Source: an uncultured candidate division Zixibacteria bacterium
GTDB lineage: Bacteria; Zixibacteria; MSB-5A5; UBA10806
Length of the DNA stretch: 64,000 bases
Direction of reading: 5' to 3'
Assembly (NCBI GenBank): GCA_963817915.1
Contig: CAWFQL010000012.1
Coordinates: 32,001-96,000, forward strand
The notes below the pieces were generated by a model. It was given only the letters and a program-made list of their open reading frames with translations, searched no databases and was not told the DNA's origin. Position numbers and translations under genes: made by a program. Below are positions 1-9,299 of the stretch, in pieces (within the stretch, counting starts at the first letter, position 1; the number at the start of each line of letters is the position of its first letter).

Positions 1-34
1 TTCCAGCAATTCCAAACAGAATCCATCTTTTCAT
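1..34 (-). CDS. 5' end of a gene running off the window edge; signal-peptide-like N-terminus MKRWILFGIAG
   Basis: ATG at 34 on the minus strand, preceded by a GGGAGA Shine-Dalgarno; basic then hydrophobic start. Confidence 0.6.
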   Translation of the reverse strand, partial: MKRWILFGIAG

Positions 35-435
35 ATTATTTCTCCCGTGAATATTATTTGCTCCAAACATTAATGATTTCAAAAATCCTTTATTCTCCAG
101 ATGTCAAACTACTCTATCAAGGGCAAATATAATGCCGATTTGGCTTATGGCAAAGCCTGATTTTCATTGCCCAAAATTCATACAAAAGCCAAAGTCTTTT
201 CTGCCGCGCTATGTGCGCGACCATTATGGCATGTCGTATCCCGGTGTCAATCAATGATTTAGAAAAGCCCCAACTGCCCCATCTTATCAATTAAACAGGC
301 GGTTATCTCTATGAGTTCCATTATCTTCGCCTTTGCGGACGTGGCTTGAAATCCGCTAAATGAATTGGCTTGCATAGCTTATTTATTGACTTATTTGCCC
401 CCAATCAGATATTCTTACACCGAAAGGAGATATTT

Positions 436-966
436 ATGAATGACAAAAGTTTACCTGATAAGAAAGCATTGGCGGCTGCCATAGAGATGGAAGAAAAAGG
501 ACATAAATTTTATATGGAGACCGCGGCCAAAGCCGACAACAAATTGGCCAAAGAGGTTTTCGAGTATCTGGCCAAAGAAGAACTGAATCATATCAACGCC
601 ATCAAGAAATTCAACTCCGAATTTCTCAAGGGCGGCGCGACCAAGATCGATGCCATCATAGATGATATCAAAAAGGGGAAAGGCACGACCGCATTCGACC
701 AGCTATTCAAGAGCCTTTCCAAGAACGTGCCGACTGGCGGAAGCGATATCGACGCTTACAAATTCGCCAGCGATTTCGAACGAAAAGGGGAAGCGTTCTA
801 TAAAAAGGCCGAGGCCGAGGCTGTCGACAAGAATGCCAAAAAGCTGTATGGATTTTTGGTCGGCGAGGAAAAGAAGCATTTCAAGATAGTCGATTCCTGC
901 CTGCTCTATTTCGATAACTCCGAGGAGTTTTTCCATCAACGGGAGAAATGGCACGTAGAGGGGTAG
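436..966 (+). CDS. Rubrerythrin/ferritin-like di-iron protein without a rubredoxin domain
   Basis: Duplicated E..(EE)xxH motifs (EMEEKG...EELNH; FERKG...EEKKH); AAGGAG RBS before ATG 436. Confidence 0.85.
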   Translation: MNDKSLPDKKALAAAIEMEEKGHKFYMETAAKADNKLAKEVFEYLAKEELNHINAIKKFNSEFLKGGATKIDAIIDDIKKGKGTTAFDQLFKSLSKNVPTGGSDIDAYKFASDFERKGEAFYKKAEAEAVDKNAKKLYGFLVGEEKKHFKIVDSCLLYFDNSEEFFHQREKWHVEG

Positions 967-992
967 AAGTATAATTCAAATGATTTTATTAT

Positions 993-1018
993 GAGCGGGG
1001 CTGTCCCGCTCTTTTTTA
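993..1018 (+). terminator. Intrinsic terminator after the rubrerythrin-like gene
   Basis: GAGCGGG-gctgt-CCCGCTC followed by TTTTTT. Confidence 0.8.
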
Positions 1019-1106
1019 TTTATGGCAGAACCTGAACGCTTTTTACATCGTTTATTAAATGGCGAATATAACAATAGTTTCGGAAGTTCATTGAAAGGTA
1101 GTGAAT

Positions 1107-1665
1107 ATGGCAAGAATAGAAGGCATCGAACCGAAACAGACATCGTTCCTGATGCGTCAGGTATTCAAGAAGGTCCGAAAAGTGCTGGGCCGCGATCTTA
1201 CGCCGCAAAAGATCGTGGCAAGGGTGCCGAGGGTATTCTGGGTATCGGCGCTGACCGAATGGTTATTGGGGCAAAAGGCACAAGGTTCCGCAACGGTTGA
1301 GATCGATGATTATGCTGCGGACTGCGGTTCGGATCGGGTGTCCGTTTTGAATAGATTCCAATTCTGCGGGCTGCAGAATATATGGGATGAGCGATGACGA
1401 TGTTACGGCGATTATCGGCGGTGATTTCAACCATTTTGCTCCGCAGGAGGCCGCGCTGATGCGAATGGCGGACGCTATGACCGATACGCCATCGAATGTC
1501 AGCGATGAGCTTTTCGCGGAATTGCGCAAGTATTTTTCAGAGGAACAATTGATCGAGCTTGCCGCCGATGTCGCGCAGGAGAATTTTCGCGCGCGCTGGA
1601 ATCGTGTCTTCGATGTCGGCAGCGATGGAATATATCGGAAAGGCCTTCGATATAAGCAGAGATAG
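1107..1665 (+). CDS. AhpD/carboxymuconolactone decarboxylase-like protein, predicted selenoprotein (CxxU); one +1 frameshift near 1280
   Basis: Joining ORFs 1101-1397 and 1387-1665 gives MARIEGIEP...KVPQRLRSMIMLRTAVRIGCPF(TGA 1348-1350)IDSNSAGC...LRKYFSEEQLIEL...NFRARWN, which matches CMD/AhpD architecture. Confidence 0.8.
1358..1385 (+). promoter_or_regulatory. Putative bacterial SECIS hairpin
   Basis: Perfect 7-bp stem ATTCTGC (1361-1367)/GCAGAAT (1373-1379) with a G-led loop GGGCT starting 17 nt after the TGA. Confidence 0.7.
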
Positions 1666-1762
1666 GCCAGCGAAAGTGCGGACGCGAGACCAGGCACATA
1701 GAAAGGCAGTCATAATAGAATGGCGGGACAGATTGCCCCGCCATTTAGATATTAGAATCCTA

Positions 1763-3196
1763 TTACTTCAGCAGTAAGAGCTTTTTGATCGAAGTCTTAT
1801 CGCTACTCGTTAGTCGGTAGAAGTAGATTCCGCTTGAAATCGAGTTTCCAGCCTTGTTTTTTCCATCCCAAATAAATCGATGTGTTCCCGGCTGCATTTG
1901 TTGATCGATCAACGTATTAATTTTCTGTCCCAGGATATTGTATATGACCAGTTCGACGTTGCCGGGTTCGGCGATATCGAACATGATAGTCGTATGGGAA
2001 TTGAATGGATTAGGATAATTTTGGTATAGGTTGAATTTCTGCGGGAGCATCGCCGGTTCTAATTTGCCTGTGCCGAAGATAATTCTAAATGACTGTATTC
2101 CGGATGAATCGGCCCATAGCTCGCATATATTCATTTCATCGCTGTCGATATAGATATCCGACGGATAATCGAATTGACCCGGCCCGTATCCCTGTTCCCC
2201 ATAGATCGATATTATTCTATCGAGGTTCGGGGCGATAACTGTAATGTGGTGATTGAATTCGTCGAGAATGTAGATATTATCATAGCTATCAGCGTCGATG
2301 GCGGCGATGTATGGATATGGAGTCATAGGAAATGTATATTGTCTTTCGGCATAGATAGGTCCTGATGATTCCGAATAGTATCTGACGACTCTGTGGTTTT
2401 TCGAATCTGTGACATAAAATCTATTAGGCCAATTCAGCGTAGATGCGGCAGTAATTCCTGTGGGGTAACCGAGAGCCCCCATACTCTCGCCTCTTCCCGC
2501 AAATTGAGCCTTAATTACGCCGGCAGAAGAAAATTTGATTATTGCCGGGATGAAACCATCGGTGACAAGAATGTCAAAACCTGGATAACCGATGTCGCCG
2601 TAGTTTGTCACTTCTATCGCCGTCGGAAAACGCAAAATATTCTGCCCGAAAGAATTCAGCCAAATCAAAGAATCAAGAGTAATATCGTATTTCAATTTTA
2701 CAATTCTCTGGTTCTGCCGGTCCAAAACATAAATGAAATCCAATTCCGAGTTGTAAAACCTCCCAGCCGAGGTTACCGCGATGTCGACAGGATGATTGAA
2801 ACATTCAACCGAGTCGCGATAGTTGGGAAAAAACTGAAGCGTATCCTCGGAACCGAAAGAGATTGTGGGGGGAATTAGGTTTTTGCCATAGGTATTAATG
2901 TCAGTTGGCCAGGAGACACCTGCTGAATCCTTTAGAGTAAATATAATGATCCTGTGAAGCGGGGCATCGCAAAAGAGATATTTCCTCTCTTCGTAGTTTC
3001 CTTTATTCAGTCTTAAGAGCGCACCGCCCGACGGCTGGCTGAATAAAATCAGCGAATCGCCTATCTTTTCGGTGACATAATCCCACGTCAACCTTGGCGG
3101 ACCGACGGTATTCAGAAAATCGGTAGTTTCAATTATCGGATCCGCCGATGCCATACCTGCTACCAAGAATAATATTATAATTAGATATCTTTTCAT
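1763..3196 (-). CDS. Secreted NHL-repeat beta-propeller protein with a T9SS/FlgD-Ig-like C-terminal sorting domain
   Basis: Signal peptide MKRYLIIILFLVAGMASA; NHL-like repeats (FNHPVDIAV, LGYPTGI, FDYPSDIYID); C-terminal LYQNYPNPFN...SSGIYFYRL...KKLLLLK. Confidence 0.8.
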   Translation of the reverse strand: MKRYLIIILFLVAGMASADPIIETTDFLNTVGPPRLTWDYVTEKIGDSLILFSQPSGGALLRLNKGNYEERKYLFCDAPLHRIIIFTLKDSAGVSWPTDINTYGKNLIPPTISFGSEDTLQFFPNYRDSVECFNHPVDIAVTSAGRFYNSELDFIYVLDRQNQRIVKLKYDITLDSLIWLNSFGQNILRFPTAIEVTNYGDIGYPGFDILVTDGFIPAIIKFSSAGVIKAQFAGRGESMGALGYPTGITAASTLNWPNRFYVTDSKNHRVVRYYSESSGPIYAERQYTFPMTPYPYIAAIDADSYDNIYILDEFNHHITVIAPNLDRIISIYGEQGYGPGQFDYPSDIYIDSDEMNICELWADSSGIQSFRIIFGTGKLEPAMLPQKFNLYQNYPNPFNSHTTIMFDIAEPGNVELVIYNILGQKINTLIDQQMQPGTHRFIWDGKNKAGNSISSGIYFYRLTSSDKTSIKKLLLLK

Positions 3197-3198
3197 TT

Positions 3199-4314
3199 CT
3201 ACCTCCATCCTACTCTTAGCCAGGTAGCTTCGTTGTTGCGAGTGTCGAAGATAAGCAACATGGCAGGAGAAAAATATTCAGTATTTTCTTCCTGAAAAAA
3301 ATAGTAAACAATGAAATCACCGACAACGTCTGCCAATCCGTCGTCATAACCGGGATAATTTCCTTCTGGATAATCGCTTATGGGATGTTGCTCCAGTATT
3401 GCGAGAGTTTCGGGATCGATGACAATCACTTTAGGTTCAATGTGAAATTCCTCCCGTCTTTTGTAAACAGAATCTATACTTGCTCCATGTAATTCGTAGT
3501 TGACTTGCAAGCAGTAGAACTTGTTTCGCGCTGGGTGATAAGCGAAAACTGTATTTGCTCCTCTCTGAGGCCTAAGTTGTATGGAATCAATAATAGACGA
3601 GAGACCGCTATTTAACTTAACAAGCCACCATTGAGAATCATTAAAAATAGTGTAATATAGGCGATTAATAGAATCATTTGGAACCCTAATGAGGAATTCA
3701 TGAGAATCTATATAACGTATGAGTCCTGGCTCGTCAAATGAGTCGAGTCGGTTGCGAAGCCTAAAATTAAGGCCATCATCAATGTTGTATAGACCGAAAG
3801 GCAAAAGAGCAGTTGAATCGCGATCGCTTCTTAATCCGAATCTGAAACCTTGCTCTCCCTGATATTGCCTAAAAATATTAATAATGGCACCTGAAACACT
3901 ATCACTTCGCAATAAAGATAAATGGCCAGCATCTGCACGCAAAACCGAATAAAAAGCTTTATATCGGTTTCCAGACATCGTATTTCTTCCGACTGCACCA
4001 TATTCGCTCATCGTGATTAAAAAATCCCGATTACGCAGGGATATTATCGCAGGCTTTTTAAACCAAATGTTACCTCTATTAGCCAATCTTACCGATTCAT
4101 GAATCGAATGAGTATTCAAATCCACCGATTTGATATAGATATCTGCAAGATTATCTTCTGTAGGATTATCATATACATTGACATAATAGTATTGGGCTGC
4201 CAATCCAATCGGAAAAGCAATTAATATGACGACAGCTAGCGCCAGAATTCTACTTCTTTGTAAATTGCTATCGCCAAGGTTTACGGTACGTGTATTTTCT
4301 GATATCTTGAACAT
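3199..4314 (-). CDS. Exported hypothetical protein, paralog of 5053-6084 (candidate immunity protein)
   Basis: Hydrophobic signal then AQYYYVNVYD; ends PAMLLIFDTRNNEATWLRVGWR; likely start ATG 4314 with GAGG upstream. Confidence 0.7.
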   Translation of the reverse strand: MFKISENTRTVNLGDSNLQRSRILALAVVILIAFPIGLAAQYYYVNVYDNPTEDNLADIYIKSVDLNTHSIHESVRLANRGNIWFKKPAIISLRNRDFLITMSEYGAVGRNTMSGNRYKAFYSVLRADAGHLSLLRSDSVSGAIINIFRQYQGEQGFRFGLRSDRDSTALLPFGLYNIDDGLNFRLRNRLDSFDEPGLIRYIDSHEFLIRVPNDSINRLYYTIFNDSQWWLVKLNSGLSSIIDSIQLRPQRGANTVFAYHPARNKFYCLQVNYELHGASIDSVYKRREEFHIEPKVIVIDPETLAILEQHPISDYPEGNYPGYDDGLADVVGDFIVYYFFQEENTEYFSPAMLLIFDTRNNEATWLRVGWR

Positions 4315-5056
4315 ATTCCGCCTCTTTAGTTGGTGGTGGGGTTGTCCCGATTTTAGTCTTCCAGTCTGCATCACTTAAAATTTGTGCCATCATTGTTTCA
4401 TTTGTATAATACCCATAAGCCTTTAAATCTTCCTTATTCTTTTTGCTTGGGAAAGTATCGCAGTCAGCGAAAGGGCATGAATCTGGAAATAATTTTTGCG
4501 TTGACATGAATCTATTTGGCAAATATACATCATGGATGAATTTGCCATTCCTAATGAGAGCTTGCCAATTCCAGGCTAAACTGTCCCAAGTTGCCCGAAC
4601 ATAGCCAGTATCAGCGGGTATGCGTGGTATAGCGGCAAAGTATGCATGCCACCATTTTCTCATAATCTGCATTATTCCGGTTGCCGTGCTCACTCCATTC
4701 TCACAAGGCGTCTTGGTATCAGGCCAATAATGATTCCATTGATAATAACCATGTTGGTGCGGGGGATAGGGAATGAATCCTGCCGCCTCCTTCCATGCTA
4801 ATGCTCTAATTCTATCTCTTTTTAGAGAGTCAGCGAATAAGCTATTAGATGGATCTTGGTCAATCAAAATTCTCTTCGTTTGGATTGTATCGCCATTTGT
4901 CCCCAAAGTATCTGTAGTGACGTCGAAACTTCCATCCAACCCCCAAAATGTCGTGAACCTTCCTTTGGCTTCTATAGTAAGCAACCCTCCGACGACTGCT
5001 AATGAATCCCTTCTGAAAGTAACGGAATAATTTTGGTCATTGCCATCCCCGATCAT
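4268..5056 (-). CDS. Divergent lysozyme-like/lytic transglycosylase (SLT-type) domain protein with no signal peptide
   Basis: ALAWKE90, ATGIMQI (GLMQ-like), AYGY and EAEYVQDI occur in the order expected for SLT motifs. Confidence 0.6.
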   Translation of the reverse strand: MIGDGNDQNYSVTFRRDSLAVVGGLLTIEAKGRFTTFWGLDGSFDVTTDTLGTNGDTIQTKRILIDQDPSNSLFADSLKRDRIRALAWKEAAGFIPYPPHQHGYYQWNHYWPDTKTPCENGVSTATGIMQIMRKWWHAYFAAIPRIPADTGYVRATWDSLAWNWQALIRNGKFIHDVYLPNRFMSTQKLFPDSCPFADCDTFPSKKNKEDLKAYGYYTNETMMAQILSDADWKTKIGTTPPPTKEAEYVQDIRKYTYRKPWR

Positions 5057-6084
5057 TCGTCCTTACTCCAGCCTACGCGGAGCCAGGTGGCCTCGTTTGT
5101 GCGGGTGTCAAAGATGAAAAGCATGGCGGGGTATAACTGACTTATATCGTTTGAATCACCAAAAAAATAAACAATAAATGGTCCCATGACATCGGCGACT
5201 CCTGTCTTACCATTTATGAAATCGCCTCTTGGATAATCTGGGACGGACAACGAATCTCTTAGTGTGAAATCCGTTATATTGTAGATATTAACGTGATTGT
5301 CTATCCATTCATCCCCATAGCCTTTGTTGAATGGCCAGTCCAAATGAGTTTCATAATTAAGCGCAAATACATAAAGCAGACTATCCTTAACTGCGAAAAC
5401 TTGGTTTGCACTGTCATAGTTATGGAATATAAGGCTATCGACATACATATCTCGAAATCCGTCTAATTTGACAATAATGAAATCATTATCTACTATGTCA
5501 TAATATAGTTCATTTCCAATTAATATAGAAAAGCTGTTTGGCGTTAATCCCTTATAGGATCCCGGAAAATAACCGGGAACCACTTGACGTATTTTATTCA
5601 AATTGAAATCAGAATTGAGATTGTATATTCCGTCTAAGGATGAGCTGCTGTCTCCAATTTGATATATTCTCTCGACGAATAATTCGGTTTTGGCATTTTT
5701 CCTGAAATCTATTATTAACTGTCCGGGCAAGTCGTATTGATGCGATAATTGTCTGGTTCGCAGATTTATTATCGATAAATTGGTATTGTAATCACCAGCC
5801 GACGTGTTTTTGCAGATACATTTACTGACAATGGCTGTTATTAATACTGTATCGCCATAAATCGCAAAATCAATGGGTATGGTGTTAATAATCTCACCCT
5901 CATCGACTAAAATAAATTCATCTGTAATAGCTTTCGTTTCTAAATTGACGAATTTAGTTTTTATTTCATAGAACCCGGATGATCCCCTCGTGGTGTCATA
6001 TACATTGACGTAATATTCTTGTGCCCATGAATCGCCCGCAAGTAACATTAATATAAATAGTACCCCAAATCTAATCCTTTTCAT
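5053..6084 (-). CDS. Exported hypothetical protein, paralog of 3199-4314 (candidate immunity protein)
   Basis: Signal peptide then AQEYYVNVYD; ends PAMLFIFDTRTNEATWLRVGWSKDE. Confidence 0.7.
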   Translation of the reverse strand: MKRIRFGVLFILMLLAGDSWAQEYYVNVYDTTRGSSGFYEIKTKFVNLETKAITDEFILVDEGEIINTIPIDFAIYGDTVLITAIVSKCICKNTSAGDYNTNLSIINLRTRQLSHQYDLPGQLIIDFRKNAKTELFVERIYQIGDSSSSLDGIYNLNSDFNLNKIRQVVPGYFPGSYKGLTPNSFSILIGNELYYDIVDNDFIIVKLDGFRDMYVDSLIFHNYDSANQVFAVKDSLLYVFALNYETHLDWPFNKGYGDEWIDNHVNIYNITDFTLRDSLSVPDYPRGDFINGKTGVADVMGPFIVYFFGDSNDISQLYPAMLFIFDTRTNEATWLRVGWSKDE

Positions 6085-6189
6085 ATTAGTCCCTTTTTCC
6101 CAATCGATCCTGGCCGAAACGATCTAAACAATTAAACTAATGTCATATTATACTCCCGAATATCATTTGTTTCAATTAATAAATAAAAT

Positions 6190-6216
6190 AAAAAAAGGGC
6201 GAGTAGCCTCGCCCCT
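6190..6216 (-). terminator. Intrinsic terminator of hppA
   Basis: GGGCGAG-gcta-CTCGCCC followed by a T run on the minus strand. Confidence 0.8.
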
Positions 6217-6238
6217 GCGATAACAATTTAGAAGTCGA

Positions 6239-8474
6239 TTAGATAAACAGCGGCGCTAAGACCAATGTTATAGTCGATAGCAGTTTTATCAAGACATGTA
6301 ATGACGGCCCCGCCGTATCCTTGAAGGGATCGCCGACCGTATCGCCGACCACCGCCGCGCTGTGAGTCGGATTCTTGATCTTTTTACCGTCCGGGCCTGT
6401 TATATACTTGCCGCCATAGGCGCCGGATTCGATATACTTTTTGGCATTGTCCCAGGCTCCGCCGCCATTATTTAGCATGAGCGCCAGAAGAATTCCGGCA
6501 ATCGTACCGACCATCAATAACGCCGCCACCGATTGAGCGGCAATCAGCGGGTCTTCCGGTGTGATGAAGATTTTGAAGACTGTGCCGACTATAATCGGAG
6601 TCAGAACTACCAGCAAGCCCGGCAATATCATCTGCCTTAACGCCGCCTTTGTAACAATATCAACACAGGTGCCGTAATCCGGTTCGAAATTCTTGGGGAA
6701 CTGAATCATATCATTCTCGCGCGGCAATGACGCGTACTGTCTGCGAACTTCGGCGATAATCGCCTGAGCCGCCTTGCCGACCGCGCGTATCGCCATCGAT
6801 GTGAACAAGAACACCAGCATCGCGCCTAATAACGCGCCGACAAACACGACCGGTTTCGACAGATCGACATTGAAGATAAATCCGCTGTCCAGTCCGGCGT
6901 ACTGCTTGACCTCATCCATGTAAGCCTGGAATAACAAAAATGCCGCCAACGCCGCCGAGCCGATGGCATAGCCTTTTGTCAACGCCTTGGTAGTGTTACC
7001 AACAGAATCCAGTCTGTCGGTTTTCTTGCGAATCTCTTCCGGCTGTTGTGACATCTCCACGATGCCGCCGGCGTTATCTGTTATAGGCCCGAATGTATCC
7101 ATTGCCAATATATAGGCCGCGGTCGCGAGCATTCCCATGGTGGCTACCGCTGTGCCGAAAAGTCCCGGCGTTGGGAAGGCCGCTCGATTGTCCGAGAAAA
7201 TATGATGCCAGAAGCGCCGCGCCCATGACCAATGTCGGATAGGCGGTGCATTCGAAACCGACCGCTATGCCTGATATAATATTGGTCGCCGGGCCAGTCT
7301 GCGAAGCCTCCGCAATCGATTTGACTGGACGGTATTTATATTCGGTGTAGTATTGTGTTATATAAACAAATGCCACCGATGTCAGCACTCCCATGATGCC
7401 GCATAAGAAGAAATGCCACCATGCCTGCGGAGCTTGCGGGCTATTCAAAAGCCAATAGGTCGCGCCGCCGAAGGCTATCATCGCCAGGATAACCGCTACA
7501 TAATAGCCGCGGTTCAAGGCTGTCATCGGATCCATTTTCTCCTGCTTGTCCAATTTAACAAACATGATACCAACGATCGAGGCTATGATTCCAAATGCGC
7601 GCGCTACCAATGGGAACATGATCACCCCGATTATGCCCCACGAGAATTCCATGCTCGCCTTCTGGGCTGTTGCCGCAAGCGACGCGCCCAATATCATTGC
7701 GCCGATATTTTCGGCAGCGGTCGACTCAAATAGATCGGCTCCACGACCGGCGCAATCGCCGACATTATCACCGACTAAATCTGCAATTACAGCAGGGTTG
7801 CGAGGATCGTCTTCAGGGATACCAGCTTCGACTTTACCCACGAGATCGGCTCCAACATCAGCGGCCTTGGTATAAATACCGCCGCCAAGCTGGGCAAATA
7901 GCGCTACAAATGACGCGCCGAATCCATAGCCGACAATCAAAAGCGGTATTTTGGTTGGCTCGATTGCGCTTATCCAATGAACAAGAGCATATAAGCCCGA
8001 TACTCCCAGCAAGCTCATCGAAACAACCAATAACCCCGATACCGCGCCGCCGCGAAGGGCGATACGCAAGGCGTCATTCAGGCTCGATAAGGCCGCATGG
8101 GCGGTTCTGATATTGCTTCGTATCGAAATCCACATTCCGACATAGCCCGCGAAGACCGAGCATAACGCCCCGAATACAAATGATATCGTAATCCATGTTG
8201 CCAGTTCCAGCGAGCTGCCGACAGGATCGAAGTCCCGGTGGCTTCGAATAAAACCGTAGCCGATAAACAGCAACGCCGCCAAGACCAACGCCAGCAACAA
8301 AATAGTGCGGTTTTGTCTTCTCAGGAACGCCTCGGCACCGGCTTTGATAGCATTCGAGATTTTTTGCATCGCCTCGCTACCGGTACTGTGCTTGAGTACC
8401 CATCGACTGAGATAATAGGCGAACGCAAGCCCGGCTATACTGATTGCAATGACCAATAAAATCAATTCCTGCAT
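6239..8474 (-). CDS. hppA: Membrane-bound H+-translocating pyrophosphatase, K+-independent type; +1 frameshift near 7165
   Basis: GGGIYTKAADVGADLVGKVE, DNVGDCAG, GNTTK (Lys determinant), GDTVGDPFKDTAGP; removing one G from GCCGGGACTT joins the two ORFs. Confidence 0.92.
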
Positions 8475-8864
8475 AATTTTAAACTCCTGTCCTTTTTGTC
8501 AAAAGACGATTGATATTATATTTATTTTCCCTATTTTCATTAAATTAAGTTGGCGTGGATGATAATTTCCCTTTGCTCCCCAAATACCTTTGAACCCCCT
8601 GCCATTTGGATAAACATGACTCGACATCATATTTATATTGGCTATGGTTGTCAATAAAAATATCCACCATTGCGAAGCCAAAATATGTCTCTAAAATAGC
8701 CATTTTTTTATTCTTGAACCAGGCTTATCAGTTGCAATAGTTAAATTCAACTTCATCGTGTTTCAAAAGTAAGCATTTTGGACGCCAAAAAGCTCGTTGG
8801 CTGCTTGAGTATTCAATTTTACCGATACTATGGTAAAAGATTGAATTTATGCGACGGGGATAAT

Positions 8865-9290
8865 ATGGACCTAAAATGGAATGACGATTTGCTGACTGGA
8901 AATGCGGTAATAGATACTCAACATAAAGAGCTTTTTAATAGAATTGCGCTTTTTCATGAAGCCTGCAAAAAGGGGCAGGGAAGAGCTGAGCTTTTTAAAG
9001 CATATATGTTTTTGGGCAACTATGTGTTGGAGCATTTCGCCGATGAAGAAGCATTTCAGAGACAATATTCCTATCCCGAATATGAAATCCATAAGGCACA
9101 TCACGAGCAATTTCTGAAAACTTTTATCGAACATAAGAAAAAACTTGAGGAAAATGGCGCGACTATCAGTGCTGTCAACGACACTATCATTTTAATGGGC
9201 AAATGGATTGACGATCATATTAATAATATGGATAAGAGATTGGCGAATTTCCTCAAAGAGAAGAAAAAAGAGAATTACCAGAATGTATAA
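8865..9290 (+). CDS. Bacteriohemerythrin (single-domain hemerythrin)
   Basis: W..DLLTG...IDTQHKELF, HFADEE, HKAHH, WIDDHINNMD. Confidence 0.9.
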   Translation: MDLKWNDDLLTGNAVIDTQHKELFNRIALFHEACKKGQGRAELFKAYMFLGNYVLEHFADEEAFQRQYSYPEYEIHKAHHEQFLKTFIEHKKKLEENGATISAVNDTIILMGKWIDDHINNMDKRLANFLKEKKKENYQNV

Positions 9291-9299
9291 AGGCTGAAT

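Noticed and set aside
119..175. c-di-GMP-I (GEMM) riboswitch suggested by GGGCAAA...GGCAAAGCC...TTGCCC
   Set aside because: The GAAA tetraloop/receptor and second-stem consensus are not recognisable; an Infernal/Rfam scan would be needed.
3199..5130. Diversity-generating retroelement TR/VR pair in the paralog 3' ends
   Set aside because: Differences are mostly synonymous and not adenine-specific, both copies are coding, and there is no reverse transcriptase in the window.
1763..6084. Prophage lysis module or mobile element as the origin of the lysozyme-like cassette
   Set aside because: There is no holin, spanin, structural phage gene, integrase, transposase or flanking att/terminal repeat.
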